64,000 bases of DNA. Origin: Octopus vulgaris. Lineage: Eukaryota. Where the stretch lies: assembly GCA_951406725.2 (NCBI GenBank), contig OX597833.1, positions 47,430,001 to 47,494,000 on the forward strand, given 5' to 3'. Under the pieces are notes generated by a model, which saw only the letters and a program-made list of their open reading frames with translations, did not search any database and was not told the origin of the DNA. Position numbers and translations under genes: made by a program. Positions 26,665 through 39,982 of the stretch are shown here, one piece after another (within the stretch, counting starts at the first letter, position 1; every line of letters starts with the position of its first letter).

Positions 26665-27073
26665 GGATCTTTTCGGTTTGAACGGCAGTTTTTTCTAGCG
26701 GTGTCATATGAAATTGTCACCCATAATTATGACCCTAGAATCGATCTATTGCATTTCAATCTGTTTTAGGGTTAGGGTTAGGGGTGGGGGAAGGGTATAT
26801 TTTTTTTTCTTCAGAAATGTAAATAAACCCAATCTGTTTCTTGAACGAGGGACATATTCATACGGCACAGAATGCTTTTTGACTCAATAGACGTCACTGA
26901 TTGGTTGAAATTGAGAAAAAAAAACAACAAATATCTTACAAACTATAGAATTTTCTCAAGAAAGCCAAGAGAAAAAGATGTTTTATAAACACATTCTACC
27001 AGTATACGAAGTTTAAAAGTGTTTAGTTACCTAGAAATTATGTTAAAAACTGCCGTTCGAACCGAAAAGATCC
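26665..27073 (+). mobile_element. Merlin-like telomeric-repeat MITE (family A)
   Basis: TIRs, TSD GCCCTGTT. Confidence 0.93.
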
Positions 27074-27295
27074 GCCCTGTTTCCCAACCTCATTTAAACA
27101 ATTTTTAATTTGGTGTTTAAATTTTCGTCGCATCAGTTGCCAACTTTGTTACTTATACAGTTCCACTACAATTCACTGAATGAATGCGACGAAAATTTTG
27201 ATACAAAATAATAAATGTTTAATCCTAAACATCCATGCTTGTTTCCAAACTTTTACAAAGCCTTTGTTTCATATGTTCTGAGTAGTATAAAGCTT

Positions 27296-27708
27296 GGATC
27301 TTTTCGGTTTGAACGGCAGTTTTTTTCTAGCGGTGTCATATGAAATTGTTACCCATAATTATGACCCTAGTATCGATCTATTGCATTTCAATCTGTTTTA
27401 GGGTTAGGGTTAGGGGTGGGGGAAGTGTATCTTTTTTTCTTCACAAATGTAAATAAACCCAATCTGTTTCTTGAACGAGGGACATATTCATACGGCACAG
27501 AATGTTTTCACCTCAATAGACGTCATTGATTGGTTGAAATTGCATAAATTGAAGAAAAAAAAACCCAACAAATATCTTACAAACTATAGAATTTTCTCAA
27601 TAAAGCCAAGCGAAAAAGATGTTTTATAAACACATTCTACGAAGTTTGAAAGTGTTTAGTTACGTGGAAATTATTTTTAAAAAAGTGCCGTTCAAACCGA
27701 AAAGATCC
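27296..27708 (+). mobile_element. Merlin-like telomeric-repeat MITE (family A)
   Basis: TIRs, TSD TAAAGCTT. Confidence 0.93.
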
Positions 27709-28334
27709 TAAAGCTTTCCTTTCATAAGTCTCAAGTTACCCTGGTGGTTGAAAAAACATGGGAATATGTATAATAGATGATGCATGGACACCAGGGAAAT
27801 ATGTCCTATGTATCACGTGATACACTGAACAAGCAAAGGTTAAAGTGAAAGTAGGTTTTTGAATGGTTAATTGTGTCTCCTACGCTGTAATAGTGTTATA
27901 ATTAAACCGATTCAACGGAGTTCTTCCTTTCCTCCTTTAGTTAGTAAATATATTTTAAAAAACAACAACAAAAAACAAGTACTGCAAATTACGAAAGCTT
28001 TGGCGAAATAACAAAAGGGATAAAGTCTGTTGGCTTTTTAAATAATCTAATCTAAATTTCACAAAAATCACGTCTATTAGATATGTCAGAACTATACAAG
28101 TGGCAATAAGCTTTAAGTATCTTGTTCTCTTATCAGACGAAAAATCGGCCTGTCTTCACGTTAAATTGACGACGTAGCAAGGTCATCAATAAACCTTTAA
28201 ACACTGACAAATAATCAGAGCATATCAGCCAAGAGAATAACAATGAAATATTTTGTAAAAAAATAAGGTTCATTAGTTTTGGGTCAATGTTGATAGACTC
28301 AACAAAATACTTCCGTACTTTTAATTCTATTCAA

Positions 28335-28920
28335 TGCGACGAGCTGGCAGAATCATTAGCACGGAGGACGAAATGCTTAGCGGTATTTCGTCTGCCGCTA
28401 CGTTCTGAGTTCAAATTCCGCCGAGGTCGACTTTGCCTTTCATCCTTTCGGGGTCGATAAATTAAGTACCAGTTATAGCTACTACAGCGGCGAGCCGGCA
28501 GAATCGTTAGCACGCCGGGCGAAATGCTTAGCGGTATTTCGTCAGCCGCTACGTTCTGAGTTCAAATTCCACCGAGGTCTACTTTGCCTTTCATCCTTTC
28601 GGGGTCGATTAAATTAAGTACCAGTTACGCACTGGGGTCAATATAATCGACTTAATCCGTTTGTCTGTCCTTGTTTGTCCTCTCAATGTGTAGCTCCTTG
28701 TGGACAGTAAAGAAATAAGAATCGTTAGCACGCCAGGTAAAATAATTGGTGGCATTTCGTCCGTTTTTACGCTCGAGTTTAAATTCTGCCGAGGTCGACC
28801 TCACCATTTATCTTTTCGGGGTCGATAAAATAAGTAGTAGTTGAGCACTGGGGTTGATGTAATTAACTAGTCCCTTCCTGCAAAATATCAGGCTTTGTGC
28901 CTACAGCAGAAAGGATTATT
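28335..28920 (+). mobile_element. Cluster of group B SINE units (three)
   Basis: Repeated GGCAGAATCGTTAGCACG..GAGTTCAAATTCCGCCGAGGTCGAC. Confidence 0.85.
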
Positions 28921-29129
28921 CCTATAGCTGTCAAAGAGCTTTATTTAACTAAAATTTTATTTAAAATCCGCTTCAATTTCATCTACCCTACGCCCATGGC
29001 AGGTTCAAATATATCCATTAAATTCAGCCAATTTGTATAAAACCTTTATGCACTTGAAATATCAATTACTGCGCACACTTTTTTCTCATTATCAGACTCT
29101 GTTTACTTCTGTATCCTACCCCTCCATAC

Positions 29130-29271
29130 TCTGACACAAACACACACACATATGTCCTTATGTATAGTTGATTGATTGATTGGATGGATGGATGGATGGA
29201 TGGATGGATGGATGGATGGATGGATCTCCTTACCCAGACACAAACATACACACATATGTCCTTATGTATTG

Positions 29272-29304
<33 letters not shown>

Positions 29305-29460
29305 GGATGGATGGATGGATGGATGGATGGATGGATGGATGGATGGATGGATGGATGGATGGATGGATCCTTACCCAGACACAAACATACACACATATGT
29401 CCTTATATATAGTTGATTGATTGATTGATTGATTGGATGGATGGATGGATGGATGGATGG

Positions 29461-29496
<36 letters not shown>

Positions 29497-29504
29497 ATGG
29501 ATGG
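29130..29504. repeat. Three-copy minisatellite with nested (GATT)n(GGAT)n
   Basis: Spacer GACACAAACATACACACATATGTCCTTA recurs at about 29133, 29237 and 29378. Confidence 0.9.
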
Positions 29505-29882
29505 CTATTATCTTATCTTCTTATGAAGTTTGAAGTTACTTTGACTGGCCACCTTCTCGGAGGCAAGGCTATTAAGCAAAATAAAGAAAATTAAAAGGTC
29601 ATTCACGCAGTCATTCATCTGTTAACTGTCATGACGATCTTGCAGCTATAATTATAAACGCAACAGAATATGTGCCAGCACAACTGGAACTTGGATTCTT
29701 GAAGAAAGGACACATGGATCCGTAATTCATATTATACGAATGATCTCTCTGTTGCTATTATAATTATAGCTGCAAGCTGTGAGCAATCCATAGTGATAGT
29801 ATTATTGTATTTTCCTCACTACATTGATATCAAATGGGCGACTGATTGACACAACAGAGGATATTTCTGTTCTGGAGTTTCA

Positions 29883-30294
29883 GGATCTTTTCGGTTTGAA
29901 CGGCAGTTTTTTTCTAGCGGTGTCATATGAAATTGTCACCCATAATTATGACCCTAGTATCGATCTATTGCATTTCAATCTATTTTAGGGTTAGTGGTGG
30001 GGGAAGGGTATCTTTTTTCCTTCACAAATGTAAATAAACCCAATCTGTTTCTTAAACGAGGGACATATTTATACGGCACAGAATGTTTTTTTACCTCAAC
30101 AGATGTCAGTGATTGGTTGAAATTGCAGAAATTGAAGAAAAAAACAACAAATATCTTACAAACTATAGAATTTTCTCAATAAAGCCAAGAGAAAAAGATG
30201 TTTTATAAACACATTCTACCAGTATACGAAATTCTAGAATTTTTTAGTTACCTAGAAATTATGTTAAAAACTGCCGTTCAAACCGAAAAGATCC
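29883..30294 (+). mobile_element. Merlin-like telomeric-repeat MITE (family A)
   Basis: TIRs, TSD GAGTTTCA. Confidence 0.93.
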
Positions 30295-30889
30295 GAGTTT
30301 CAAACTATATCACGTCGGTGGTGTCTCATTGCTTAGATGATACTTTTATTCTTTTAATTCAACAATCTTTATATTGTCGTTATTTGTTATTTTTTTCTTT
30401 TCTCACTCTATTCCAGGTTGTTCTGCCTACCACACTAGACCTTTTAAGAAAGAAGCTTCTAGAGGATAAACTATTGCAACCAATGTCTTTAGTTTTGGTT
30501 ATATATACATAGCCTACATTAGCTGTAAACTGTTGCCTTCTAGCTTTTGTAGAAAAATTACCAGGCGGTATTTCTTCCAACTGCTTACGTTGTGAGTTTG
30601 AATTCGGCCGTGGTCATCTCCGTACCTTTCACGCATTTTCTCTCATTTTCTGATCCCTTTTAGGGATCCGTAATATTAGGGCGTATTTTTTCCTTTGATG
30701 ATGACCACATTACGATTCTTTTTAAAATCTTGTGCCTTTTAAAATCCTTGATTTCTTTTTAAAAATAATATAGTAGGGGTACCAAGAATACCAATATATT
30801 TGTAGTGGAGGGAAATGAGGAAGATGTCACAGATAATGCAAAGATCAAAGGAGAAAATCATGACGATTTTACTCTGGAAGATACAACAG

Positions 30890-31282
30890 CATAGTAGTGT
30901 TGACGTCATGGCGTTGACGTCATAGTAGTGTTGGCGTCATGTCACATAGTAATGTTGACGTCACATAGTAATGTTGACGTTATGACGTTGACGTCGACGT
31001 CACAGCAATACCAGAAATGAAACGTTCTGATGTCATTACCATATCAGGGACGAAAAGATTTGACGTTACCACTACACCAGTAACGAAAAGCTTTGACGTC
31101 ACTGTAGTACCGAAGACGAAAAGCTTTAACATCATTGCCATACAAGAGAATGGTTTAATTTGACGTCATTGTCATACCAGCGAGGGAAAGACTTGACGTT
31201 ACTGCTTTACCAGTGAGGAAAAGCTCTGACATTGCCACATCAGCAACAAAAAGCTTTGACGTCACTACCATATTAGCGACTA
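30890..31282 (+). repeat. Degenerate tandem repeat (about 33-bp unit) rich in TGACGTCA
   Basis: Unit approximately ACGAAAAGCTTTGACGTCACTACCATACCAGCG; six perfect TGACGTCA. Confidence 0.8.
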
Positions 31283-31964
31283 CTACTACATTGTTGCCCG
31301 AGGAGAAGAAGAACCAACCCTGTGCTTGTAGGAGAAGCGGCAGCAAGTGGCTGCAAAAACAACAATAACAGCATGGACAGCAAATAAAACAAAACAAAGA
31401 CCACAACGAAACAACAACAAAAACTGTGAAAACAACAGAGAAGATTATATCATGAAACTAGCCAATGAACAATTCGCACGCTTGAGTGGAAAGCAGAAGA
31501 GATTCAAAAGGGGCGATAACGTTTCCAGCTGAAGAGATAAATAGCATCCCCCAAAAAGAGACAGTTTGTACATGTGCGTAAACAGTAAAAGTAGAAGCTG
31601 TAGAAAGTATTAGAGAATCGCGTCAAGGATCCCGAAGGAAAAAAAGATTACCTCTAGACTAGAATAAGTGATCACCTTCCACCATTCTTTAGAGTTTCAT
31701 CTTAAAGTTTCTTCTTAAAGTAGGGGACAGTATTTCCGAACCACTCAATCCAAGCCGACTGAAAGAGGAGTAAACTTTGCGGTCGTAGGAAAAAAATAAC
31801 TGCTGCTTACACAAATGTAACTCCTGAAATATGTGGGGACGAAATGCTGCCAAGCATTTCGCCCGGCGTGCTAAGGAGTTTGCCAACTGTCTGCTTTATG
31901 ATAAATAAATAGAAACACTGCTGCCGATAATACACGGATTTTCTGGAGAAACTGATACGAGATA

Positions 31965-32190
31965 AGAAAAATGCGTTAGAGTAACCTTGAAGGAAAGAAC
32001 ATTGATTAAGAGCAAAAATATTACGCTAGACAAAGATACTGAGATAACAAAATTAGATCAAATACAGAAATACAAAGAATTAAGGAGTAATGAACTAGAA
32101 AGTGTACAACGCACAAAAGAAAGAAATATTTTAGAAGAAAATATTACATAAGCATTAATACGTGAAACAGAATTAAATGCAAAAAGGAAG
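31965..32190 (+). mobile_element. Decayed R4/Dong-like LINE RT fragment
   Basis: KCVRVTLKERTLIKSKNITLDKDTEITKLDQIQKYKEL...ETELNAK resembles the KC....YKYLG....L.SELN..NK segment downstream of the RT active site in R4-clade elements. Confidence 0.6.
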
Positions 32191-32697
32191 TTAGGTAATA
32201 GATATCAATACTCTAGCTGTTTCAGTAATAATAAATTTTTATACGTTGATTTGGACGCTAAATAAAACTAGCAAGAATAAACAAAAAAACTTAATTCTGT
32301 TAATATTTAGCGTATTAACAATTAAGTTCATAAAGACCATTTTAAATCCTTTTATCTTATATCATGCCTTAGGTAATAAATAATATAAAACGGAAACATT
32401 ATTTATAACTTCATCATACATATCAACAACTGTAGACAATAGTTTAACTGATACTCTCTACTGCATTCTCACATTGATTATTCTTGCTGTCTGCATCGTT
32501 TATGCATTTGCCATTAAAAAAATATTTTTACACACACACAGACACACGCACATCATTGCACTTGTCTACTTAAACATGTATATCTATAAACACATAAAGT
32601 TAATCCAAACAAGAAAGCACAAAAAAAACACAACAACTCGAGGACGTGGAACAAATATAGTATTATTGGACGCTCAGGAAAGAAGGAAAGAAGGAGG

Positions 32698-32732
32698 GTT
32701 TAACGTTTCGAGCGGAGCACTTCGTCGGAAAC
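32698..32732 (-). ncRNA. Minimal hammerhead-like motif within a Penelope-like terminal fragment (about 32600-32785)
   Basis: GTTT CCGACGA AGTGC-TCC-GCTC GAAA CG TT AAAC. Confidence 0.6.
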
Positions 32733-33018
32733 ATAGGAGAAAGAAAGATCCAGAGAAGGGAAGACAGAGGGAAAGAAACGGTACACACACACACTTATGT
32801 TCGTATAAACAAAAACAAAACAGATATACATACAAACTGTATAAACACATGTACGTTCGCTGGTACTTATTTTTGTTAACCCTGTAAGGACGAAATCCCT
32901 CGGTAGTATATGACTTCAGAACGTAAAGGACCGGATAAAAATGCTGCTAAGCATTTTCCCGATGCGCTAATGGTTTTGTCAGCATACTGTCTTAATAATA
33001 ATAATAATAATAATAATG

Positions 33019-33055
<37 letters not shown>

Positions 33056-33056
33056 T

Positions 33057-33300
33057 GATATCCCAGGAGAACCATGTCTCAGAGAAATCCAAAAGACTGT
33101 GCTGACAAGTTCTGTCCACATCCTTAGAAAAACCCTATCAATTTAAATGTCTATGTTGTATAACATGAAGATATTTCGCTACTGCCCTTGCTATTTCCCC
33201 TCCCCAATCTTTCAGTCACACTGTATCATCTCTTGTCCTTCATCGTCGTAGGACGCTGGGTTTGATTCGGCAAGTGATTGTAACAAACATACAGATTAAA

Positions 33301-33304
<4 letters not shown>
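33057..33304 (+). mobile_element. 5'-truncated R4/Dong-like LINE end inserted in (TAA)n
   Basis: DIPGEPCLREIQKTVLTSSVHILRKTLSI* matches the R4-clade C-terminal QK.VL.....ILRK.L motif. TAA arrays lie on both sides. Confidence 0.75.
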
Positions 33305-33345
<41 letters not shown>

Positions 33346-33346
<1 letters not shown>

Positions 33347-33640
33347 TGGTTCTTTCAACGTCCTTAAGCAACCCTTATTCAGGGACCGTTTGAGCGGGAT
33401 GGGCTACTCAACCTGAAGAAAATTCTAACTGGGCCCCACCTGCAAGGTCATGTGCTGTTTATCTTGATATGAGATCACCATGTCGCGCACATATGGTGGT
33501 GATGCATGTGCCTGGTGTACCTTTATCAGACGGGTAGTCATGATGGGTATATTGGGCTTCGTATATTTTACCCCAGTGTCACTTTGATGGCATGAACTGC
33601 TCTCTCACTCAATAATAATAATAATAATAATAATAATAAT
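33346..33640 (+). mobile_element. Second, more 5'-truncated copy of the TAA-flanked repeat at 7053
   Basis: Near-identical to 7249-7518. Confidence 0.75.
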
Positions 33641-33842
33641 TCTTTCTATTATAGGCACAGGGCCTGAAGTTTTGGGGGAGGGGACTAGTCGATTACATCG
33701 ACCTCAGAATTTCACTGGTACTTAATTTATCGACCCCGAAAGGGTGAAAGGCAAAGTCGACCTCGGAAGAATTTGAACTCAGAATGTAAAGACAGACAAA
33801 TTGCCTTAAAACATTTTGTCCGGCGTGCTGACAATTCTGTCA
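33641..33842 (-). mobile_element. Group B SINE
   Basis: Reverse complement of the group B core. Confidence 0.8.
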
Positions 33843-33851
33843 ATTTCTAAC

Positions 33852-34715
33852 GATGATACAGAACCAAACATATGGGGAAAGGGAACGCTTGATTATATCG
33901 ACCCAAGTACTTGACTGATACTTTATTTTAAAGACCCCTAAAAGATAAGACTTCTAGCTAACTTCGACGTGTTTTGAACCGCTTCCTGCCTAAAATTCCC
34001 GAAAATGTTCAGTCTGTTTTCAGTTGCAAAAGATGTTTGCTAAGTGCTGTGGTTTTCAACCAGGGTTCCGCGGAACCTTAGGGTTCTGCCAGTACAGTCC
34101 AGGGGTTCCGCAAGAAGTTACAAAATTGCTAAAATCGGCAGTAATTTTTAATTCTCCTGTGCAGATATGTGTGCATAAGACTATTAAATTATTGCACAGG
34201 GGTTCCTCGAGCCAGTGAAATATTTTCTTGGGGTTCCGCTCCAGCAAAAAGTTTGAAAAGCACTGGCTAAGTGAGAAGCAAACAAGTGTGACACGTACGT
34301 ATAACTCTAGTAAGGCAATGCATCAAAGCCAAGCGATTTTCTTTTTAAACAATCACTCACCACCAACTGTGGCCTTAGCTTGGCTATCATTGTCGTTTCT
34401 TCTGCTGAGAACGGCAACAAATCTTTCACCTCTAGCGTATTGTTTAAAAAGAAAATCGTTTGGCTTTGATGCATTGCCTTACTAGAGTTATACGTACGTG
34501 TCACATTTGTTTGCTTCTCACTTAGCAAACATCTTTTGCAACTGAAAACAGACTGTGAACATTTTCGGGAATTTTAGTCAGGAAGCGGTTCAAAACACGC
34601 CGAAGTTAGCTAGAAGTCTTATCTTTTAGGGGTCTCTAAAATAAAGTATCAGTCAAGTACTTGGGTCGATATAATCAAGTGTTCCCTTTCCCCATATGTT
34701 TGGTTCTGTATCATC
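33852..34715. repeat. Long inverted duplication (about 280-bp arms, 85-bp spacer)
   Basis: 33852-34353 (minus the MITE) is the reverse complement of 34439-34715 with few mismatches. Confidence 0.92.
34047..34265. mobile_element. hAT-type (Charlie-like) MITE
   Basis: Termini CTGTGGTTTTCAAC / TTTGAAAAGCACTG, 8-bp TSD GCTAAGTG. The other palindrome arm shows the empty site. Confidence 0.88.
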
Positions 34716-35052
34716 AAGTCCCTGATCTCCAGTCTACAATTAAGACCAAACCCTTGCGTAAGGTGCTGCTGGAAATCCGCACACATTTGCATTAAACCCA
34801 ACATATCGTGCACATCATGATCTGTTAAAGACATTCAACACTGATCCAACAAACCAATTTGGCTTTCCGTGACAAAGAGCGTGAGCCTTAGCTCTAACTA
34901 CATAACTTCCGTGTTTTGTGTCGAAGAAATGGCTGAGCACCTTGCTTTTGTTCATCACAAGAGCACGTCGTTCGCGATGGCTTTTTCAGTCACCTCCTTT
35001 AAGCAACCGACTAACTCCTTTAATCTATTCTGTAGATATATAATCGGTAAGA

Positions 35053-35218
35053 AGGCGCAGGAGTGGCTGTGTGGTAAGTAGCTTGCTTACCAACCACATG
35101 GTTCCGGGTTCAGTCCCACTGCGTGGCACCTTGGGCAAGTGTTTTCTACTATAGCCTCGGGCCGACCAAAGCCTTGTGAGTGAATTTGGTAGACTGAAAC
35201 TGAAAGAAGCCCGTCGTA

Positions 35219-35273
<55 letters not shown>

Positions 35274-35467
35274 GTGTGTGTGTGAGTGTGTGTGCGTGTA
35301 TGTTTGTGTGTCTGTGTTTGTCCCCCTAGCATTGCTTGACAACCAATAAGTACTGGGTTTACAAAGAATAAGTCCCGAGGTCGAGTTGCTCGACTAAAGG
35401 AGGTGCTCCAGCATGGCCGCAGTCAACTGACTGAAACAAGTAAAAGAGCAAAAGAGTAAAGAGTAAA
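35053..35467 (+). mobile_element. CORE-like SINE (group A)
   Basis: Full head, internal microsatellite, (GTAAAAGA)n tail. Confidence 0.9.
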
Positions 35468-36032
35468 AGGTGTATAATACATATGGACAGATTAGTGCTT
35501 AGACGAGATCAAATACTCGGGAAAAAAAAACCCCATCGCGAAACGAAGTGAGATAGGATCCAGGCTAACAAAAGTCGACAATAAAATGAAATAAAAGAGG
35601 GATTGGTGGTTGTCAGTGGTATCAAAACATTTATAGATTTGTCATACAGAAGTGAGTGTAGATATAATTAAGTAGAAAAACAGGAAAAGGAAAGTTCATG
35701 GAGGTTCTCCTCTCTCTCTCTCTTATCTGTGATACGAGGGTATGAACTCACTGGATGTCTACCAATCTATGAAGCATTATTATGAACTTTCACCTTCCGG
35801 TTTTTTCTTGTTTTTCTGTTCAATTATATTTACACTTATTTCAGTTAATTAATTTGTAAATGAGTCGATGTCATTAACAACCGCCTGTCAATTTTTTAAA
35901 ATTATAATCTAATTTACTCTATAGATAATTTTTTTGCAAAATCCTACGGATTCTATTTTGATGACACTTTTCAAAGAGACTCACTGCAAATGTTGGCGAT
36001 TGTCCCTATCAAATATCTGGGTTTTTTTTTGT

Positions 36033-36428
36033 CTACCCACAAGGGGCTAAACACAGAGGGGACAAACAAGGACAGACAAACGGATTAAGTCGATTATATC
36101 GACCCCAATGCGTAACTGGTATTTAATTTATCGACCCCGAAAGGATGAAAGGCAAAGTCGACCTCAGCAGAATTTGCCTGGTATGCTAACGATTCTTATT
36201 TCTTTATTGCCCACAAGGGGCTAAACACAGAGGTGACAAACAAGGACAGACAAACGGATTAAGTCGATTATATCGACCCCAATGCGTAACTGGTACTTAA
36301 TTTATCGACCCCGAAAGGATGAAAGGCAAAGTCGACCTCGGCGGAATTTGAACTCAGAACGTAACGGCAGACGAAATACAGCTACGCATTTCGTCCGACG
36401 TGCTAACGTTTCTGCCAGCTCGCCGCCT
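36033..36428 (-). mobile_element. Group B SINE dimer
   Basis: Two tandem units; head GGCGGCGAGCTGGCAGAAACG at the right end. Confidence 0.88.
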
Positions 36429-39300
36429 TGTCCCTACCAAACATCGCGTAGCTAGTTTACTTATTCGATCGCCATAGGCTTTAGACATCAGGTACGACGA
36501 GTCAATTTAACGTAACCAGGTCCCTCTCAGTACGTCGTATTTAGGCTCGCCTGTAGACAACAAGATTGTAATCTGTGTAACTAATCCGCCGAAGCTGATG
36601 ACACTTTGCATTATCCTTATCTGCTGACCTAGTTAATACTCTATCTAGATATGATCTTAATAACCTGATGCGGTTTGAACTAGACGAGATTAGTAAATTT
36701 TGGAATCTGGTTGATGAGTGTTTAGCAGTTAGAACAGGTTCGCTAGGGCTTTTAGATCTTGGTCTCTTATCAAATACTCACATACAGTTCCAACGTGAGT
36801 CCAAGGTGCCATCCTAGTCTCCCACTGATACTACTAAACAAGGCGTTTCCAAAAATGTGTGTTGTTCTTAAAAATGTGTTTATATTCTTGAATGTGATAA
36901 AGTGTAGAATTAGATTATTATCCTGCTTCCAACCAGAGTGCTGCTGCCAGGATTTGGAAAAATAGGGCAGATTTCCCCACCCCTTATTTTGTAATATAGG
37001 GGGGATTTTTGAAAAACAAGGGGGAATTCACGGTGGTGTTCAGTGAACAAATTAAACACTACTCGACAGTGGCTAAAACGCGAACCGATCAAGTTTATGT
37101 ATAAATTTTCTTTTTATATGTTTGTTTCCTTTTACATAATATTAAAACAACAGCTAAAAATTTTCTGAAGCAGCACCCCGACTAATTTTGTTTACAGGCC
37201 GCCATTGTTCATAGGTCACCCTGATTGTAAGCACTAGCCTTACAAAACTATGTTGAGATATTCCAAAAAAAGAAGTACTTCTAGCTTTCATTTCAGGCTA
37301 TGCTTATTACAGTTAAGTTGACTAAAAAGAATTTTAATGAGAAGAGAGACGTCTAAGCACATCCACAGTCTCTTCTTATGGGTAGCCGAAAATTTGAGAA
37401 TCTCCTCAGTATTGCCAAGCAGTTTAAAGATGTCTTTTGGATTGAAGAAATGCAAAAAACTGTGACATCAAAATGGGGTAGCTGATAAATGGTGAACATT
37501 ATTTCGAACTCGAAAAAGAGAAGATAATAACGGACTTGGAAAATTCGACATTATACAAATATTTGGGAATAGATGAAATTAAAATCGTGTCCTAATTGTT
37601 GTGTATTTATCAGACCCCGCCATGTTTGATGATAAAAGTGTTTGGTGTTAAGAAGGATGTTTGCTGAAAGGTATCCGTTCAGGAATGAAAACGATCATTC
37701 TGGTATAAACCTTGTCGCAATGACAAGAACGCTATCTGTGCTATCAATACACTTGCAGTGTCGCATAGCTCTGTAATACATCTTCACTGACCCGGGACAA
37801 CACGGTATGCTCAAGTGTGAAACGTGTTATGCTTATCACGAATTGTTCTGTGATAACACGGGTTGGTGATCAGTCAAAGATCCTGTTTGGCCCGCAAAAG
37901 CATTTCCTCAGCTACTCAGAATGCACTGATTTTTGCTTGCGTTTACCTCACCACACTGTGAAGCTGCGTATTTTTTTAAATACGGGTTTACGTATGCATA
38001 CCCATATGTTCTATTACTCATTTATCACGGATTTATTTAACACGATGTCTTTTTTGGAGCCAAACAAACGTGATAAATGAGGCGAGATGTACTAGAGTGG
38101 AGAGTCTTGCAATTAAAGTCCGTTGCCTGTAATACGAGAAATCTATTTTAAAAAAGACTTCCACAAACTGTACAAGAAGTCTGACACCCAACGACTGACA
38201 ATATATTTTTAGAAGTGACAGGGTACTATTGACCGTCAAGGAGCAACACAAAAGATAGTCATTGGTATTGCCTGCCACGTTTCCAAAAGTAGTTGATCGA
38301 TTGAGTGATTGACGGAATGCTTTATCAAACAATTGACTAAAAAGTTCACGAATTGACTATTAAAAGAAATAAACAAGAACCAGTGTGTGTAATTTTAATT
38401 TTTTTTATTTGCAATGAAGTTTTTTCGCAACCTATTATTAAACATATTTTGTTTCGTATATTTTAGCAAAATAATCTAATTTTTATGACAGTAAATATTT
38501 CTATAATTTATAAGGCCATTCGTAAATTTCCATGATAACTCATTTGCGAAACAGATAGCCTAAAAGGACTCTGTCTCTGGTTCAAACCTGGATTTAAGCA
38601 TATTGAAGTTCTGTTTTGTTCTTGCAATTATTACTGATTTAGATATTTGTAGTTTGACTAAAGGAAGGTAAAAGAAGAAGAAAAAAAAATCACAAGAAGG
38701 CCTTGTATAAGGCCTTGTATCCTTACTGTGATAAAAAAAGGTATCAAAATCAAGAATATGTGCAACGGGAAAATTCTCACAGGAAGTTAATTTAAACTTC
38801 GAATAAATAGCTAGCAGAACAGTTATACGAACGAAAGCTAGGTTTTCTCTGACGAACAACCATAAAAGGTTACCTTTATATGGCCAATATTTCCGCAAAC
38901 AGGATGCTCCATATATGAATAAAAAGAAATTGATTTTCATGTGGATGCACACATCCGTCCTGAGTGGAATATCGGAAGCAACAATATTCACAAAACAGGA
39001 GAAACAGGAACAAACCACTACCATGTGATATTCTGGAAGGAATATCCGCTACTCCTTACAACAAAGGTGACAAATGCTGCCTGTTTGGAGTTTTTCAGGA
39101 AATGTTTCGCATTATAATAAAACCACCTACATTAATTTCATTAAAATATACTTGGAAATACAATAACGAAGCAAAGTTCTTTTAAATACTCCTCGCCACC
39201 AAATTTCAACAGTCTAAATAAATAAAGAAATTATTAAAAAAAATGTTACTAAAATGAACTTCTATCTCAGAAAAATAGCATTGTGAAGATACTACTAACA

Positions 39301-39612
39301 CTCCGTCGGTTACGACAACGAAGGTTCCAATTGATCCGATCAACGGAACTGCATGCTTGTGATATTGACGTACAAGAGGCTAAGCACTCCACAGACACGT
39401 GTAACATTAACGTAGTTCTTGGAGAGGTTCAGCGAGGCACAGAGTGTAACTTGACTGGACTTTGCAATTTTAAGTAGTACTCATTTTTGTCTGCTGAGTA
39501 GACTGGAGCAACGGGAAATAAAATGTCTTGCTCGAGGACGCAATACGCCGCCAGGAATCGAACTCATGACCGTTAGCTCATGACCCTAAGCACTAAACCT
39601 CCTGCCTTCGCA
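39301..39612 (-). mobile_element. Diverged group C SINE
   Basis: Tail as the 4098 copy, middle as the 26352 copy. Confidence 0.75.
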
Positions 39613-39749
39613 TAACATAGTGAAGATATTATGGAAAGATAGTTTTCAGAAAGTTCACATGATATTACATAAGCCTGACATTATTTTCCACGACAGAAAT
39701 CGACAATAGTGTATTAATTATCGACATCCTAGTATCAAACTTGTATATA

Positions 39750-39982
39750 TATTTCTTTACTACCCACAAGGGGCTAGACACAGAGGGGACAAACAAGGTC
39801 AGACAAACGGATTAAGTCGATTACATCGACCCCAGTGCGTAACTGGTACTTAATTTATCGACCCCGAAAGGATGGAAGGCAAAGTCGACCTCGGCGGAAT
39901 TTGAACCCAGAACGTAACGGCAGACGAAATACGGCTACGCATTTCGCCCGGCGTGCTTACGTTTCTGCCATCTCGCCACCTT
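39750..39982 (-). mobile_element. Group B SINE, full length
   Basis: Reverse complement of 16646-16878. Confidence 0.9.

Noticed and set aside
36900-38350. Possible very old DNA-transposon coding remnants
   Set aside because: Only faint motif hints are visible, with no supportable reading frame or termini without an HMM search.
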